Positions 10,439-19,899 of a stretch of DNA of 64,000 nt are shown piece after piece. The notes under the pieces are model-generated. The model was not told where the DNA came from and made no database searches. It saw nothing but the letters and a program-made list of their open reading frames with translations. Source of the DNA: a virus; IMG/VR virus record IMGVR_UViG_3300031553_000001, positions 1 through 64,000 of that record; one strand, written 5' to 3'. A program made the translations under genes and the position numbers. The stretch's first letter is position 1, and each line of letters begins with the position of its first letter.

Positions 10439-11151
10439 ATCACCAACTCCGCCACCATCTCTCTGGTGTATTTACTTGGATCTCTAACATCACTAATAAC
10501 CTTGAATTTGGAACCTTTATTCAACAACAATTCGCTCTCTGTATCCCATCCAGTCACTCTCCATTTATCCATCCATATTGCCTTAGCTCCTTTTGGCAAC
10601 ATTATTTCCATCATCACACCCAATGAATGAGCTTCCGCAATATCCCTCACCATACTAGTCGAGACAAAAGCATCATCAGTAATAATAGCATTTGTTAAAT
10701 CCTCATCATCCTCAAATGTATGCCAACTAAAGCCACGATATACTATCACTGGTTCTGGCAATGCAGCTTCCACAAATACGGAATCCATAACATCTTCCAT
10801 ATATACATCAGGATCAGAATTTAACCTCATCTCTGAATAGCCACCCATCCTCAACTCATCATTCAATGTGGCATAATCATCAGTCTTGTATTGCTGCATT
10901 GCCTCATTTTGCTCATCTGTCAAATCTGTTGGATTTAGTGATGCCTGAGATGAAGCCCAATCATCCGCATTCTTTTCATTAGAAAACTTCAATACATCTT
11001 CACCCTTTCCAGCAAGTTCTTTCTCAGGCTTACCACCTTTAGTAGCTTTACCACTACCTATAGCCCTATGTTTCTCTCCAGTGTGAGTTCCTTCTGGAGG
11101 ACTATACCATCCGCTACTAGAAGATCCTTTGAGTGTGAGTTTCATCCTCAT
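10435..11151 (-). CDS. ADP-ribosyltransferase (VIP2/C3/Alt-like R-S-E clade) with KGSSSSGWY leader
   Basis: YATLNDELR, VYRG, FVSTS, ESELLL catalytic motifs. Confidence 0.85.
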   Translation of the reverse strand: MRMKLTLKGSSSSGWYSPPEGTHTGEKHRAIGSGKATKGGKPEKELAGKGEDVLKFSNEKNADDWASSQASLNPTDLTDEQNEAMQQYKTDDYATLNDELRMGGYSEMRLNSDPDVYMEDVMDSVFVEAALPEPVIVYRGFSWHTFEDDEDLTNAIITDDAFVSTSMVRDIAEAHSLGVMMEIMLPKGAKAIWMDKWRVTGWDTESELLLNKGSKFKVISDVRDPSKYTREMVAELVI

Positions 11152-11156
11152 ATCAC

Positions 11157-12050
11157 CTACTCAGCCTTCATCATCTGCAATCCGTATGTGTCCAATCTAG
11201 GCATCAATCCCAAAGATTTCATCTTGCCCAAATCGTATGTGGTGTTTTTTGGACGCTTAGCCAAACCTGGAAAGTCCTTCAACTGTGCTGGTTGTATTAG
11301 CGAGCCATCTAGCTCCCATACTCTGGCCACCTCCTTCGCAAAACCATACAAAGAGCATATAGTAGCGCCAGCCAAATTGCACGTCCCACACCATTTCAGC
11401 TGCACCATTTTCCAAATCGCATCGGCAGCATCGGCTGCGTACAATGGCTGGGTGATTACATCCTCCACAACACGCATTTGCTTTTCAGCAGTCAAGGCAT
11501 TGACTACATTAGTAACCCAATTCCCCCTTGCTCCAGATGGCGGCCAACCATACATCATAATGGGCCTGACTATTGTCAAATGTGCACTGTCTATGTGATG
11601 TTTGGCTTCGCGCTCCATCATAACCTTGCACCAACCATATGTATTGACTGGTGACAGCAAAGCATCCTCTTTATAAGGTGGAGAATCACCGTGATACACT
11701 GCATTACTAGATGCCAATACTAGCCTAGCTCCATACAGGTTGGTCAGCATTATTATCAAATGTGTACCCAATAGATTGATCTGACAACAAGATGTAAAAT
11801 CATTCTCACAAGCATCCACAGAGTTCTGTCCAGCCAAGTGGATAACCACATCCGGTCTGACCTTCTGAAACATCTGGACCATAGAATCTATGCTTCCCAA
11901 ATCCATATAGTACCCATCAGGGATGGGATGTCTGTGATATGTAGGATATACCTTGTATTTCTTAGGCACACTAGCCAACAGATATTTTCCAAGTAAGCCA
12001 CTGCCGCCCGTTATAAGTACATTAGTCGAGCTCGCCACGATATTCTCCAT
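11157..12050 (-). CDS. rmlD: NDP-sugar reductase, dTDP-4-dehydrorhamnose reductase (RmlD)-like
   Basis: ITGGSGLLG, VIHLAG, YGWCK, RPKNTTYD. Start placed at MENIV (12050). Confidence 0.8.
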   Translation of the reverse strand: MENIVASSTNVLITGGSGLLGKYLLASVPKKYKVYPTYHRHPIPDGYYMDLGSIDSMVQMFQKVRPDVVIHLAGQNSVDACENDFTSCCQINLLGTHLIIMLTNLYGARLVLASSNAVYHGDSPPYKEDALLSPVNTYGWCKVMMEREAKHHIDSAHLTIVRPIMMYGWPPSGARGNWVTNVVNALTAEKQMRVVEDVITQPLYAADAADAIWKMVQLKWCGTCNLAGATICSLYGFAKEVARVWELDGSLIQPAQLKDFPGLAKRPKNTTYDLGKMKSLGLMPRLDTYGLQMMKAE

Positions 12051-12765
12051 GCCAATAACGCCAAGTCTCAGGCAAGATTGCCCTGTACAAATGATGATGG
12101 TGCATATATCTCCAGATGCGTCCCTCCAACATGTAGTAGTATTCCTGAAATGGCTCCCATGGGGCCAAAAATTCCCAATCCCACGGCACGTGAAAATCAA
12201 TGTTGGCCAATCGTTCACGCTCACATAGGAATATCTGTTGGCTATTGTTCTGAGTCAACCTAACTCCGCCAGGTCGAAATCCACCATCAGCTATTTGTCC
12301 GCCTTCTGATGGGGACACTACTAAAATCTCTTTGTAGTGCGTCAATAGGTCAATTCCCATATCTATCCACGATGGATGGCCTGTGCGAATTATGCGACAA
12401 TCATTGTCGCTAAATGCCACGTAATCGGCATTGGACACCTTCAGCCCTATCAGATGATTGATGACGTGCCATTTCCAATAATGCGGTGCTGTTGGACCAT
12501 GTGTCCACTCATCGGCCAATAAATCCTCCTCTGGGATACCAAACTCCGTGAGGATGTTGGGATGATCCTCACTATCCACTATCTGTACAGCAGATGGAAG
12601 ATTGAATGGCGGCAATGGGTCAATTCTACCATGACAACGTTGGCGCACCACTATGACATTATCAAACTCGTATTGATTAGATTCCACCAGACCACGTAAA
12701 TAGCCTGGCGCATGCAGCTTTTCAACATCGCCATAGTAACAGAAGGTGATAAAATCTACACCCAT
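12022..12765 (-). CDS. GT-A fold glycosyltransferase (putative)
   Basis: ADYVAFSDNDC DxD motif; cluster context. Confidence 0.6.
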   Translation of the reverse strand: MGVDFITFCYYGDVEKLHAPGYLRGLVESNQYEFDNVIVVRQRCHGRIDPLPPFNLPSAVQIVDSEDHPNILTEFGIPEEDLLADEWTHGPTAPHYWKWHVINHLIGLKVSNADYVAFSDNDCRIIRTGHPSWIDMGIDLLTHYKEILVVSPSEGGQIADGGFRPGGVRLTQNNSQQIFLCERERLANIDFHVPWDWEFLAPWEPFQEYYYMLEGRIWRYMHHHHLYRAILPETWRYWHGEYRGELD

Positions 12766-13553
12766 CCATAACTCTCCAAATGTGTCTTGTAGCTTGTAAC
12801 TCCAACCAATTCCAACAGGTTATCAGGTAAATAAAGTGGACTATGCTTCCACTCCCAATGATCAGCTTGTAGATGTTCTATGGCCTGCTCCCTAGTCAAA
12901 TATAATGGACGTGTACAATGTAGTGGCACCATCAAATATCTCTCTTCACCGCCCCACAAATTTGCTTGGTTGCGAACTCTAGCAAGCCAATCATCTTTGA
13001 AACAATTAGTCACATCCCACAGAAAGCCACTTGATGGGCTGATAGATGTCAAATGTGAAGCCCAATCATTCGCCAAATGCACATCTGTGGTATGACCTCT
13101 TTTGATAACAGAACCCCTAGGAAACACCCGATGCACCAGCTCTGGATACCAACGAATGCGTTGGAAATTCTGCTCTACCTGTAAGCGGTATACCAAGATA
13201 TTATCATCATGCTTCTTGTGGATATAATGTATTTCATCCCAAACATGATATGCAAGTCCAGGGCTGTATACTTCATCCGCTTCAAAATGCCAAATCACAT
13301 CACCTTTGCATTGTTTATGCAGTAGATGTGCCTGCTCAAGACACGCCCCACCAATTCCAGGGATCCACTTGCCTTGCAGAACTCTAACTCCCAAATTGGA
13401 CAGTACTTTAGCTGTCTCATCGGTAGACTCCATATCCACCACTACCATCTCATCTACATAATATCGTATGGCATCTATGGCCTCCACAAATGGATAACCG
13501 CCTTCCACGCCGTTATGTATGAATGTAAATCCTGACACCAATATTGGACTCAT
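12756..13553 (-). CDS. GT2-like glycosyltransferase
   Basis: GYPFVEAI, DEMVVVDMESTDET, EADE; paralog of 9412..10290. Confidence 0.8.
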   Translation of the reverse strand: MSPILVSGFTFIHNGVEGGYPFVEAIDAIRYYVDEMVVVDMESTDETAKVLSNLGVRVLQGKWIPGIGGACLEQAHLLHKQCKGDVIWHFEADEVYSPGLAYHVWDEIHYIHKKHDDNILVYRLQVEQNFQRIRWYPELVHRVFPRGSVIKRGHTTDVHLANDWASHLTSISPSSGFLWDVTNCFKDDWLARVRNQANLWGGEERYLMVPLHCTRPLYLTREQAIEHLQADHWEWKHSPLYLPDNLLELVGVTSYKTHLESYGWV

Positions 13554-14125
13554 TATGCATCCCCTAATTTAACAACTATATTCACACCCTTCTCTATTAA
13601 CCATTCCAATGAAGCATCAGGACTGAAACCACTAGCTATCAATGCTTTAGCAGCAGCACTTACTCTACGTTCTGCCGCACGAACACCTTGTGTAGTCCCC
13701 GCACGTGCATACGATGCCCCTAATTCATACTCCAGCACCCACAACCTTGTCCAATTATCATAGTCACTAGCTGGTATACCTGCTGCATCAGTTAATATGT
13801 AATGAGCTTCTATACCAACATCCGTTGCATATATACCTGCACCAGGCTTATAAATTATTGAACCATAAGCCATATCTATTACGGATTTTGGAAGTTGCTC
13901 ACCAGCCTTGGCGTGATAATATGTAAGTTCGCCACTATGATATTTCTTGGCCTTCTTGCCCACCAAACGTGCTGTGATAGGCTTCTTCTCAACTGGCTTC
14001 TTGGTAACAGGTTTTCCCTTACCAGCCTTACCACTACCAATAACTCTATGTTTCTCTCCAGTGTGAGTACCTTCTGGAGGACTATACCATCCACTACTAG
14101 AAGAACCTTTAAGTGTGAGCTTCAT
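13553..14125 (-). CDS. KGSSSSGWY-leader protein with unknown cargo domain
   Basis: Starts MKLTLKGSSSSGWYSPPEGTHTGEKHR (ATG 14125 overlaps the upstream TGA), then a Lys-rich linker and ~130-aa domain. Confidence 0.75.
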   Translation of the reverse strand: MKLTLKGSSSSGWYSPPEGTHTGEKHRVIGSGKAGKGKPVTKKPVEKKPITARLVGKKAKKYHSGELTYYHAKAGEQLPKSVIDMAYGSIIYKPGAGIYATDVGIEAHYILTDAAGIPASDYDNWTRLWVLEYELGASYARAGTTQGVRAAERRVSAAAKALIASGFSPDASLEWLIEKGVNIVVKLGDA

Positions 14126-14988
14126 CCCACGCACTCCTTCACAGCCTTGAGTACCATCTTTCTGAAGCCGTATTTGTTGCATATCATATCCCTGGCCCGC
14201 ATACCCATATCATACCACCGCTGGTAATCATCTGCCAACATTTGACGCAACTTACTAGCCATCCCATCATATGGATTGGATATGCATACCTCATCACCCC
14301 AAGGCCACATATCGTACACCTCTTCTGTCAGCATTGGTATTCCATACGCTGCAAACAGTGCCCAACGCAATGGCTCTTGGAATGGATATTGATCTTGATG
14401 TATGTTGAGTGCAAATTTGGAATGCTTTAACACCTCATCACGGTTTGGCGCTTTATCCCAGGGCCAACAATTTGGCCCAATGTATCTGCGGTCGAATTGA
14501 TTATATAACCTAGCCCTACGATCAGACACATATGACATATGGACAAAGTCATAGTGCCGGTAGCTTATTTCCGATGGATGCCCAAGATCTGGATGCGAGC
14601 CAAGCACCACAAATCGCAACATGGATTCAGTTGCCAGTCGCTTATCACTCACCCACACATCGTCTAGCGTGCGCTCATAGATTTTATCTCGATTGACCTT
14701 GGCAAAGTTTCCTACACCATCCAGGCCAGATGTACGCTCCATAACCCAATAGCCGGATGGGCGTTCCAAACACCAATGCACTAGATATGCACTGTGTGGT
14801 TTATCAATTTGGTTGTTGATGTGTGGCTCCCATTCACCATTTATAGGTGTAACGATGTACACCAGTGGCTTACGAACATCCACTTCATCCACATAGCACG
14901 TCTCAAACTGGGATAGCTCTACCAGCTTCCAAAAATCGACATATGAATCATAGTTGTATCTAGTCTTAACGAAAACTATATCCATCAT
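14122..14988 (-). CDS. GT-B-like glycosyltransferase (putative)
   Basis: RDEVLKHSKFALNIH..EPLRW resembles CgeB-type C-terminal domains. Confidence 0.55.
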   Translation of the reverse strand: MMDIVFVKTRYNYDSYVDFWKLVELSQFETCYVDEVDVRKPLVYIVTPINGEWEPHINNQIDKPHSAYLVHWCLERPSGYWVMERTSGLDGVGNFAKVNRDKIYERTLDDVWVSDKRLATESMLRFVVLGSHPDLGHPSEISYRHYDFVHMSYVSDRRARLYNQFDRRYIGPNCWPWDKAPNRDEVLKHSKFALNIHQDQYPFQEPLRWALFAAYGIPMLTEEVYDMWPWGDEVCISNPYDGMASKLRQMLADDYQRWYDMGMRARDMICNKYGFRKMVLKAVKECVG

Positions 14989-15116
14989 TAATCCCTATAT
15001 CTGACAGATATGCCAGCCTTCCCAGATCCAACAGCTCTGTGTTTCTCTCCAGTATGAGTACCTCTACTTGGAGCATATCATCCACTACTAGAAGAACCTT
15101 TAAGTATAATTTTCAT
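14988..15116 (-). pseudogene. Leader-only cassette (MKIILKGSSSSG*YAPSRGTHTGEKHRAVGSGK...) with TGA at the Trp codon
   Basis: Near-identical to the leaders at 25.7 and 26.8 kb. TGA at 15078-15080; no cargo domain. Confidence 0.75.
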
Positions 15117-15166
15117 TCACACAACCCACCTTGTAACCCATCCTGGGTATACTGGAATCCAAACCG

Positions 15167-15934
15167 TCATATCCGGCCATCCTCGAAGTATGGATGGTCA
15201 CCAATCAGATGCTCTACATCAAACCGGTTGAATGGCTCTGGACGCCAAAATGGTTTACCCGTCTTATCATCACAGCCGTTAGTAGGATGTACACCACATT
15301 TGTGCTTCTTGCCAAACTTCCAGTCACGATATATTGGATACCAATTGCGTCTGAATTCTGCACGATGGCCATGGATCTTGGATTTGTATAGAACCAAAAT
15401 TGTGCTCTGTGCATAACCAAAGTGATAGAACCCCATTCCTGGTATATACCCATCACCCTTACCACTGGGCTTTATGATTCGCACTGGCATACATGCATCC
15501 CTACACACCCAATTCACCCCACACCAGAAATGAAGGGCATGCGTTCTGTAATCCCTAGCATCGTTCTCCCAAGCAAAATCTAGTGCCTCTGATAGCACAT
15601 CCAAATCCCAAACCTCATCAGAATCGTTCCACACGATTAAGTCAGCACCTTGTTGTGTCAAATAATTTACACAATAATCCCTATGAGTACCTTCTTGCCA
15701 AAATTGATCCACGTCGTGCCACACAACTATATCAAAGCCATCTGCTATGGCTTTCAACTCATCTCTGGACTCCCCATCAGGCAGTTTCGTATTGGTTATA
15801 CTGCCATGGCTAGGATGTGGTGTGTAGAATATGTGATATTCATCCACCAATGGCTCCACTGAGCGAATAGCCCATTTAAGCCACTCTCTACCATAGTGCA
15901 AACCACAATAAGCCACTATTTTCATACTACACAC
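15167..15934 (-). CDS. GT2-like glycosyltransferase
   Basis: WAIRSVEPLVD, WNDSDEVW, YHFGYA. Confidence 0.7.
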   Translation of the reverse strand: MCSMKIVAYCGLHYGREWLKWAIRSVEPLVDEYHIFYTPHPSHGSITNTKLPDGESRDELKAIADGFDIVVWHDVDQFWQEGTHRDYCVNYLTQQGADLIVWNDSDEVWDLDVLSEALDFAWENDARDYRTHALHFWCGVNWVCRDACMPVRIIKPSGKGDGYIPGMGFYHFGYAQSTILVLYKSKIHGHRAEFRRNWYPIYRDWKFGKKHKCGVHPTNGCDDKTGKPFWRPEPFNRFDVEHLIGDHPYFEDGRI

Positions 15935-15946
15935 TCTCCAAGGTAA

Positions 15947-15972
15947 GGGGATGGGCTTTTACACCCATCCCC
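15947..15972 (-). terminator. Hairpin after the capsid gene (terminator or mRNA stabiliser)
   Basis: GGGGATGGG-N8-CCCATCCCC, perfect 9-bp stem with only a weak U tract. Confidence 0.55.
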
Positions 15973-15987
15973 AAACTTAACAACTTG

Positions 15988-17496
15988 CTATGGCGTTGGA
16001 AGCCACAGTGATCCAGTAGCAGGCGTATCCGTGCACGCCATACCCCAACTTCCAGGCATATAGCTGGGCGCTCCACCAGGCATATAGTCTGGCTGATGCG
16101 TATCCGCTACGATTGGCTGCAGCTTACGCGAGCAGCATACATCCGCGATTCGTGCGCATGCCCAAGGCGCACTCAAGTAGATTTCAGGAGATGTGCCTAC
16201 AAGTGCCTTTCCGCACCACACATCCTCCAGGCCTTTGAACGCAAACCGGCCAGCGTTCTCCACCCTGATTCCAGTTGCGGCATTAAATTTCTTCATCAGG
16301 TTGGCAAAGTCAGACAAATCCAGGTACTCACCATACATGGTATCGCGATTGCCGATGCGTCTGGTCAACAGATAGATGTCGGCGCAGTAGTTTGCATTCG
16401 GCTTGGTAATGGTCAGGGAATCATCGATGATGATTGGAATGCTACGACCAGACTTGAGCGAGATGGTACCAACTACCTTGCGACCATCCCACATAGGGCC
16501 ACCGTTCAAGGATTTTCTGTAGTTCAAGATCTGCGAGCGCAAGGCTTGGTCAGTGACGTCATTGGCTGTAGTGACTCCACACACGCTATAGCAGGCAAAT
16601 GCATCCAGTAGACAGGTCGCCAGGAACCGTGTGGTAAACAGAACCATATCTGTATTTGAGATAGTGCCAATGGTTTGGGCACGATACTCAATGTCACCAG
16701 TTAGTTCTGCCAAGAAGTCAAAGAAATTTCCCCATCCATTGATCGCCCCATCCAGATCGTCATTGTTCCATGGAATCATGTAGGAATCTGCATATGGACA
16801 CGGTTGACCATTGTTATCCGTATAACCTGTCCTGATTATGGATTCCAATCCATTCATCTCATACGCGTTCTGGTGGCTGCCATGCACTGCGTCGTGTGCA
16901 ATGTCCTGGGATAGGACATTCATTATGCCATTCAGCTGCCATTCAAACTCGTCAGTGATGGGAGTGCCATTCACGCGCATTATTCGATCTGTTTCACATC
17001 GCTGTTGTGTGTTGTGTGGGCCAAGTGGGTCAGACTGACGATGATACCACGATGTGTGGCATATATCAAATTGACACTCGCCCCACTCCCATCCTAGTGG
17101 GAGCTCACATGGTGATCCAGCGCCTGTAGTGCAATCTTCAGCACCTTCTCCACGCCACCACGGTATGATCTGCACAACCCTTTTCCAAATCTGGTTGCGT
17201 CGCCATCCAAGCCAGTTGAGGATACCCCCAGTCTCAATTTGCAAACCAAAGATGTCCCCAGCAAAGCATGGATCAAAGATGCTGTTACGACCATAAATGG
17301 TCGGATTGGCCAGATTGGCATACGTGGTGGTCCAGTTTCCCTTCATCTGCGGCGTCATCTGTGACATGATGGGAACGCCACCATTATCACGTCTCATAGC
17401 AGTAGCAGTCTGCATAGTTGCTACTGCTTGAGCAAACCTGGGATCATTGAACATGGTCAACAGGTCTTCTGCCGACAGGTTATCAAACTTGTTCAT
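15988..17496 (-). CDS. Major capsid protein
   Basis: 502 aa following protease and scaffold; EMNGLESII and CADIYLLT motifs resemble HK97-fold capsids; hairpin downstream. Confidence 0.75.
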   Translation of the reverse strand: MNKFDNLSAEDLLTMFNDPRFAQAVATMQTATAMRRDNGGVPIMSQMTPQMKGNWTTTYANLANPTIYGRNSIFDPCFAGDIFGLQIETGGILNWLGWRRNQIWKRVVQIIPWWRGEGAEDCTTGAGSPCELPLGWEWGECQFDICHTSWYHRQSDPLGPHNTQQRCETDRIMRVNGTPITDEFEWQLNGIMNVLSQDIAHDAVHGSHQNAYEMNGLESIIRTGYTDNNGQPCPYADSYMIPWNNDDLDGAINGWGNFFDFLAELTGDIEYRAQTIGTISNTDMVLFTTRFLATCLLDAFACYSVCGVTTANDVTDQALRSQILNYRKSLNGGPMWDGRKVVGTISLKSGRSIPIIIDDSLTITKPNANYCADIYLLTRRIGNRDTMYGEYLDLSDFANLMKKFNAATGIRVENAGRFAFKGLEDVWCGKALVGTSPEIYLSAPWACARIADVCCSRKLQPIVADTHQPDYMPGGAPSYMPGSWGMACTDTPATGSLWLPTP

Positions 17497-17524
17497 TATA
17501 AAATCTCCTTGTTAGCATCTAATT

Positions 17525-18229
17525 CTACTCATCGCCGACTGGATTTCCCACAGCCATGTCCGTCAGGGATGCATATGCACGCCCATCAGAATCATAGATG
17601 GCAAATCCTTCCGGTGTGGTTGGCGCTACCACTTGGTTAACACCTGGCTCCGCCTTGAATGCTGTAGGCATCGTTGTTGCCTGTGCCTGTGACTGGGCAG
17701 CACTCCTAAATTGTGCCGCATTCGCAGCCGTTTCCAATTCAGAAGTTCCATCCATCACAGCACGTAGACGGATACGCTGCGCCGGTGACATATCGCCTAT
17801 CACTTGCTTGATTCTAGTGGTATCATCAACGGCCACCTGGTTGAATGTTGCTGCAAACTCTTTGAACATAGTACTCATTGAGTCCACAGTTTCTTTCAGT
17901 TCAGCAACATCAGCCACGATTTTAGCCAACTCTGGCACCTCTATCTCTACATCTTTTAGCATGCCCTGGACTTTGCCAGCCACCGCTTCAGACAGTAACT
18001 CTATAGATTGTGCCATCTCAGGTACAGTAACTTTCGAATCCGCTTCAGGCACATCCAAGGCCTGACGCATAGACGTCATAAATTCCTCGGAGGACATATC
18101 CTTCATCCTCACCAGGTCTTTATCCTCTACACCAGCCAAGAATGCATCTACGACCTCTTCAGGAAGCTCAGCGTCGATCAAACGACTACGCCACTTGCTC
18201 CTGATTTCCTTCATACTAATTTCACTCAT
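17525..18229 (-). CDS. Capsid scaffolding protein (putative)
   Basis: Acidic coiled-coil protein between protease and capsid. Confidence 0.55.
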   Translation of the reverse strand: MSEISMKEIRSKWRSRLIDAELPEEVVDAFLAGVEDKDLVRMKDMSSEEFMTSMRQALDVPEADSKVTVPEMAQSIELLSEAVAGKVQGMLKDVEIEVPELAKIVADVAELKETVDSMSTMFKEFAATFNQVAVDDTTRIKQVIGDMSPAQRIRLRAVMDGTSELETAANAAQFRSAAQSQAQATTMPTAFKAEPGVNQVVAPTTPEGFAIYDSDGRAYASLTDMAVGNPVGDE

Positions 18230-18253
18230 GGTTTATAGCTCCTCACTTGATGT

Positions 18254-19243
18254 TCATTCATTGACAGTGTAGGCTGTAATTGCAGTCTGTCTCACCGCAG
18301 GTTTGTCCGTGACGCTAATATCAAACGTCATTGATTTGAGCACCTGCAATCCAGCCAACATATTAGGTTTGGCGTAATACGTCTTGCACGTTGGACACAC
18401 CGCACCCAACATATAGTTTACCAGTCGAACAGTCAAACCGCTTCCACATTCTGGACAATGGCCTGCTGCCTCAACTGTATAAAAACCTCTTGATACTTTC
18501 CACCTACCAGTATTCCTGGCAACGTTGTCTTTCATAGATTGGGCAAATGCTGTATCATTCCAGATTCCTTTGTCTACCGCCCAATTGCCAATCCTAGCCA
18601 TACTGGTACACTTGCCCAGTTTGAAACCACGTATATGGAATAGCCTCAGTTCTGGATATTCTTTGGTACGCTCTGCACGAGCAATATCCCAATCCATCGC
18701 CTTGGTAGTGAACAGCTCTTGCTGCAAATCCCACGCAGCCGCTGTGGACACTGCCAGCCAGCCATCCTTTCCATCAGCAGTCTTGTATGTAGATAAGGCA
18801 CTACCGTCAGCAGTAATCTGCTTCAACAATGCTTGCAAAGCAAACTCTGCGGATGGGATGTTGCGTAGTGCATCCGTGAGCTCTTTGGTGACTTCCTCTA
18901 CTGACTCTGGTTCACTACTGGATGACTTTGGTTGCATAGCTGCACCGCACTTGGGACACTTAATCTCCATACAAGGCGTTCCGCGTTCGTGCGTTGCAGT
19001 TGCCCCACACTCTGGACACACGCACATATCCACACCGCCATCACCTTGCTTTGGACCACCAACACCTTGGCCCTCCCCCCTATCCTTCTGCTGCACATCC
19101 TCCACGTGTACATACAATGCGCGCAGATGAGCCAATGCATCAGCATGAGTAGGATGGCATTTCACGATTTCTTTTGGATCATCTTTAGTTCCCTTGACCA
19201 CACAAGTCTCATCTTCCCGTTTACGTAAGAAATACGGCATCAC
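18254..19243 (-). CDS. Prohead protease with zinc-ribbon insertions (putative)
   Basis: DLQQELF..LRLFH..KVSRGF..DISVTDKPA pattern like HK97-family proteases; several CxxC pairs; synteny. Confidence 0.55.
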   Translation of the reverse strand: MMPYFLRKREDETCVVKGTKDDPKEIVKCHPTHADALAHLRALYVHVEDVQQKDRGEGQGVGGPKQGDGGVDMCVCPECGATATHERGTPCMEIKCPKCGAAMQPKSSSSEPESVEEVTKELTDALRNIPSAEFALQALLKQITADGSALSTYKTADGKDGWLAVSTAAAWDLQQELFTTKAMDWDIARAERTKEYPELRLFHIRGFKLGKCTSMARIGNWAVDKGIWNDTAFAQSMKDNVARNTGRWKVSRGFYTVEAAGHCPECGSGLTVRLVNYMLGAVCPTCKTYYAKPNMLAGLQVLKSMTFDISVTDKPAVRQTAITAYTVNE

Positions 19244-19899
19244 ACACCTCCCAACCCTATGAATGGCGGAACCTCTACACCTATAGGCACTTCAACAACT
19301 TCCACATGTCCATCTCTGGACAGACAAACTTCACAACTCTCCTTGGCCGGATTAACCACCCAAGTTGCCTGAACTGTCTTGATGCCCTGGTCTGGATCTT
19401 CTCCAAGCACCTCCATGTCCCATATACATCCACACCTATGCCAACACGGTGCAGACTCATCACCTGGGATGTATGGCAATATGATGTTGGGAGTGCGTCT
19501 AACGTTGGGTGCAAAGTACCCCGCTTGTGCCTCATTAGCTAGAGTATTTCCAGCATCACCATACAAATGTGCCCTAGCCTGTATAGCCTTCAATGAAATG
19601 GTATCACGATTATCATAAATGGCCTGAGAAAAGCCATGCACCCATCTGTACTGCTTCTTCAGTTGAGCACCCACCTTGCCCCAATCAGAGGAAGTCATAG
19701 CATCCCAATCACCCTTGCCAATGGCAGCCGAACCAGTCAAATACAAGCGCAATCTGGTACGCATATCCTCTTCCCACATCCCAAGTGTAATACGTCCATC
19801 GTACAGATTCTTAGCCAATGCATCCATCGATCCATTGAAGGCAGTTTTGCGTGCCAATAAGGCTGCTGCCTTAGCTGCATCCGCAATAGGGCCAGCCAC
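19240..19899 (-). CDS. Head morphogenesis (MuF/gp7-like) protein
   Basis: Follows the portal; PGDESAPCWHRCGC and ESCEVC Cys motifs. Confidence 0.5.
   Translation of the reverse strand: MAGPIADAAKAAALLARKTAFNGSMDALAKNLYDGRITLGMWEEDMRTRLRLYLTGSAAIGKGDWDAMTSSDWGKVGAQLKKQYRWVHGFSQAIYDNRDTISLKAIQARAHLYGDAGNTLANEAQAGYFAPNVRRTPNIILPYIPGDESAPCWHRCGCIWDMEVLGEDPDQGIKTVQATWVVNPAKESCEVCLSRDGHVEVVEVPIGVEVPPFIGLGGV

Noticed and set aside
12051-12224. N-terminal extension of the RmlD-like ORF (similarly the extensions of 13553..14182 and 55623..56273)
   Set aside because: The first two overlap upstream genes, and in all three the family motifs begin at the later start codon.
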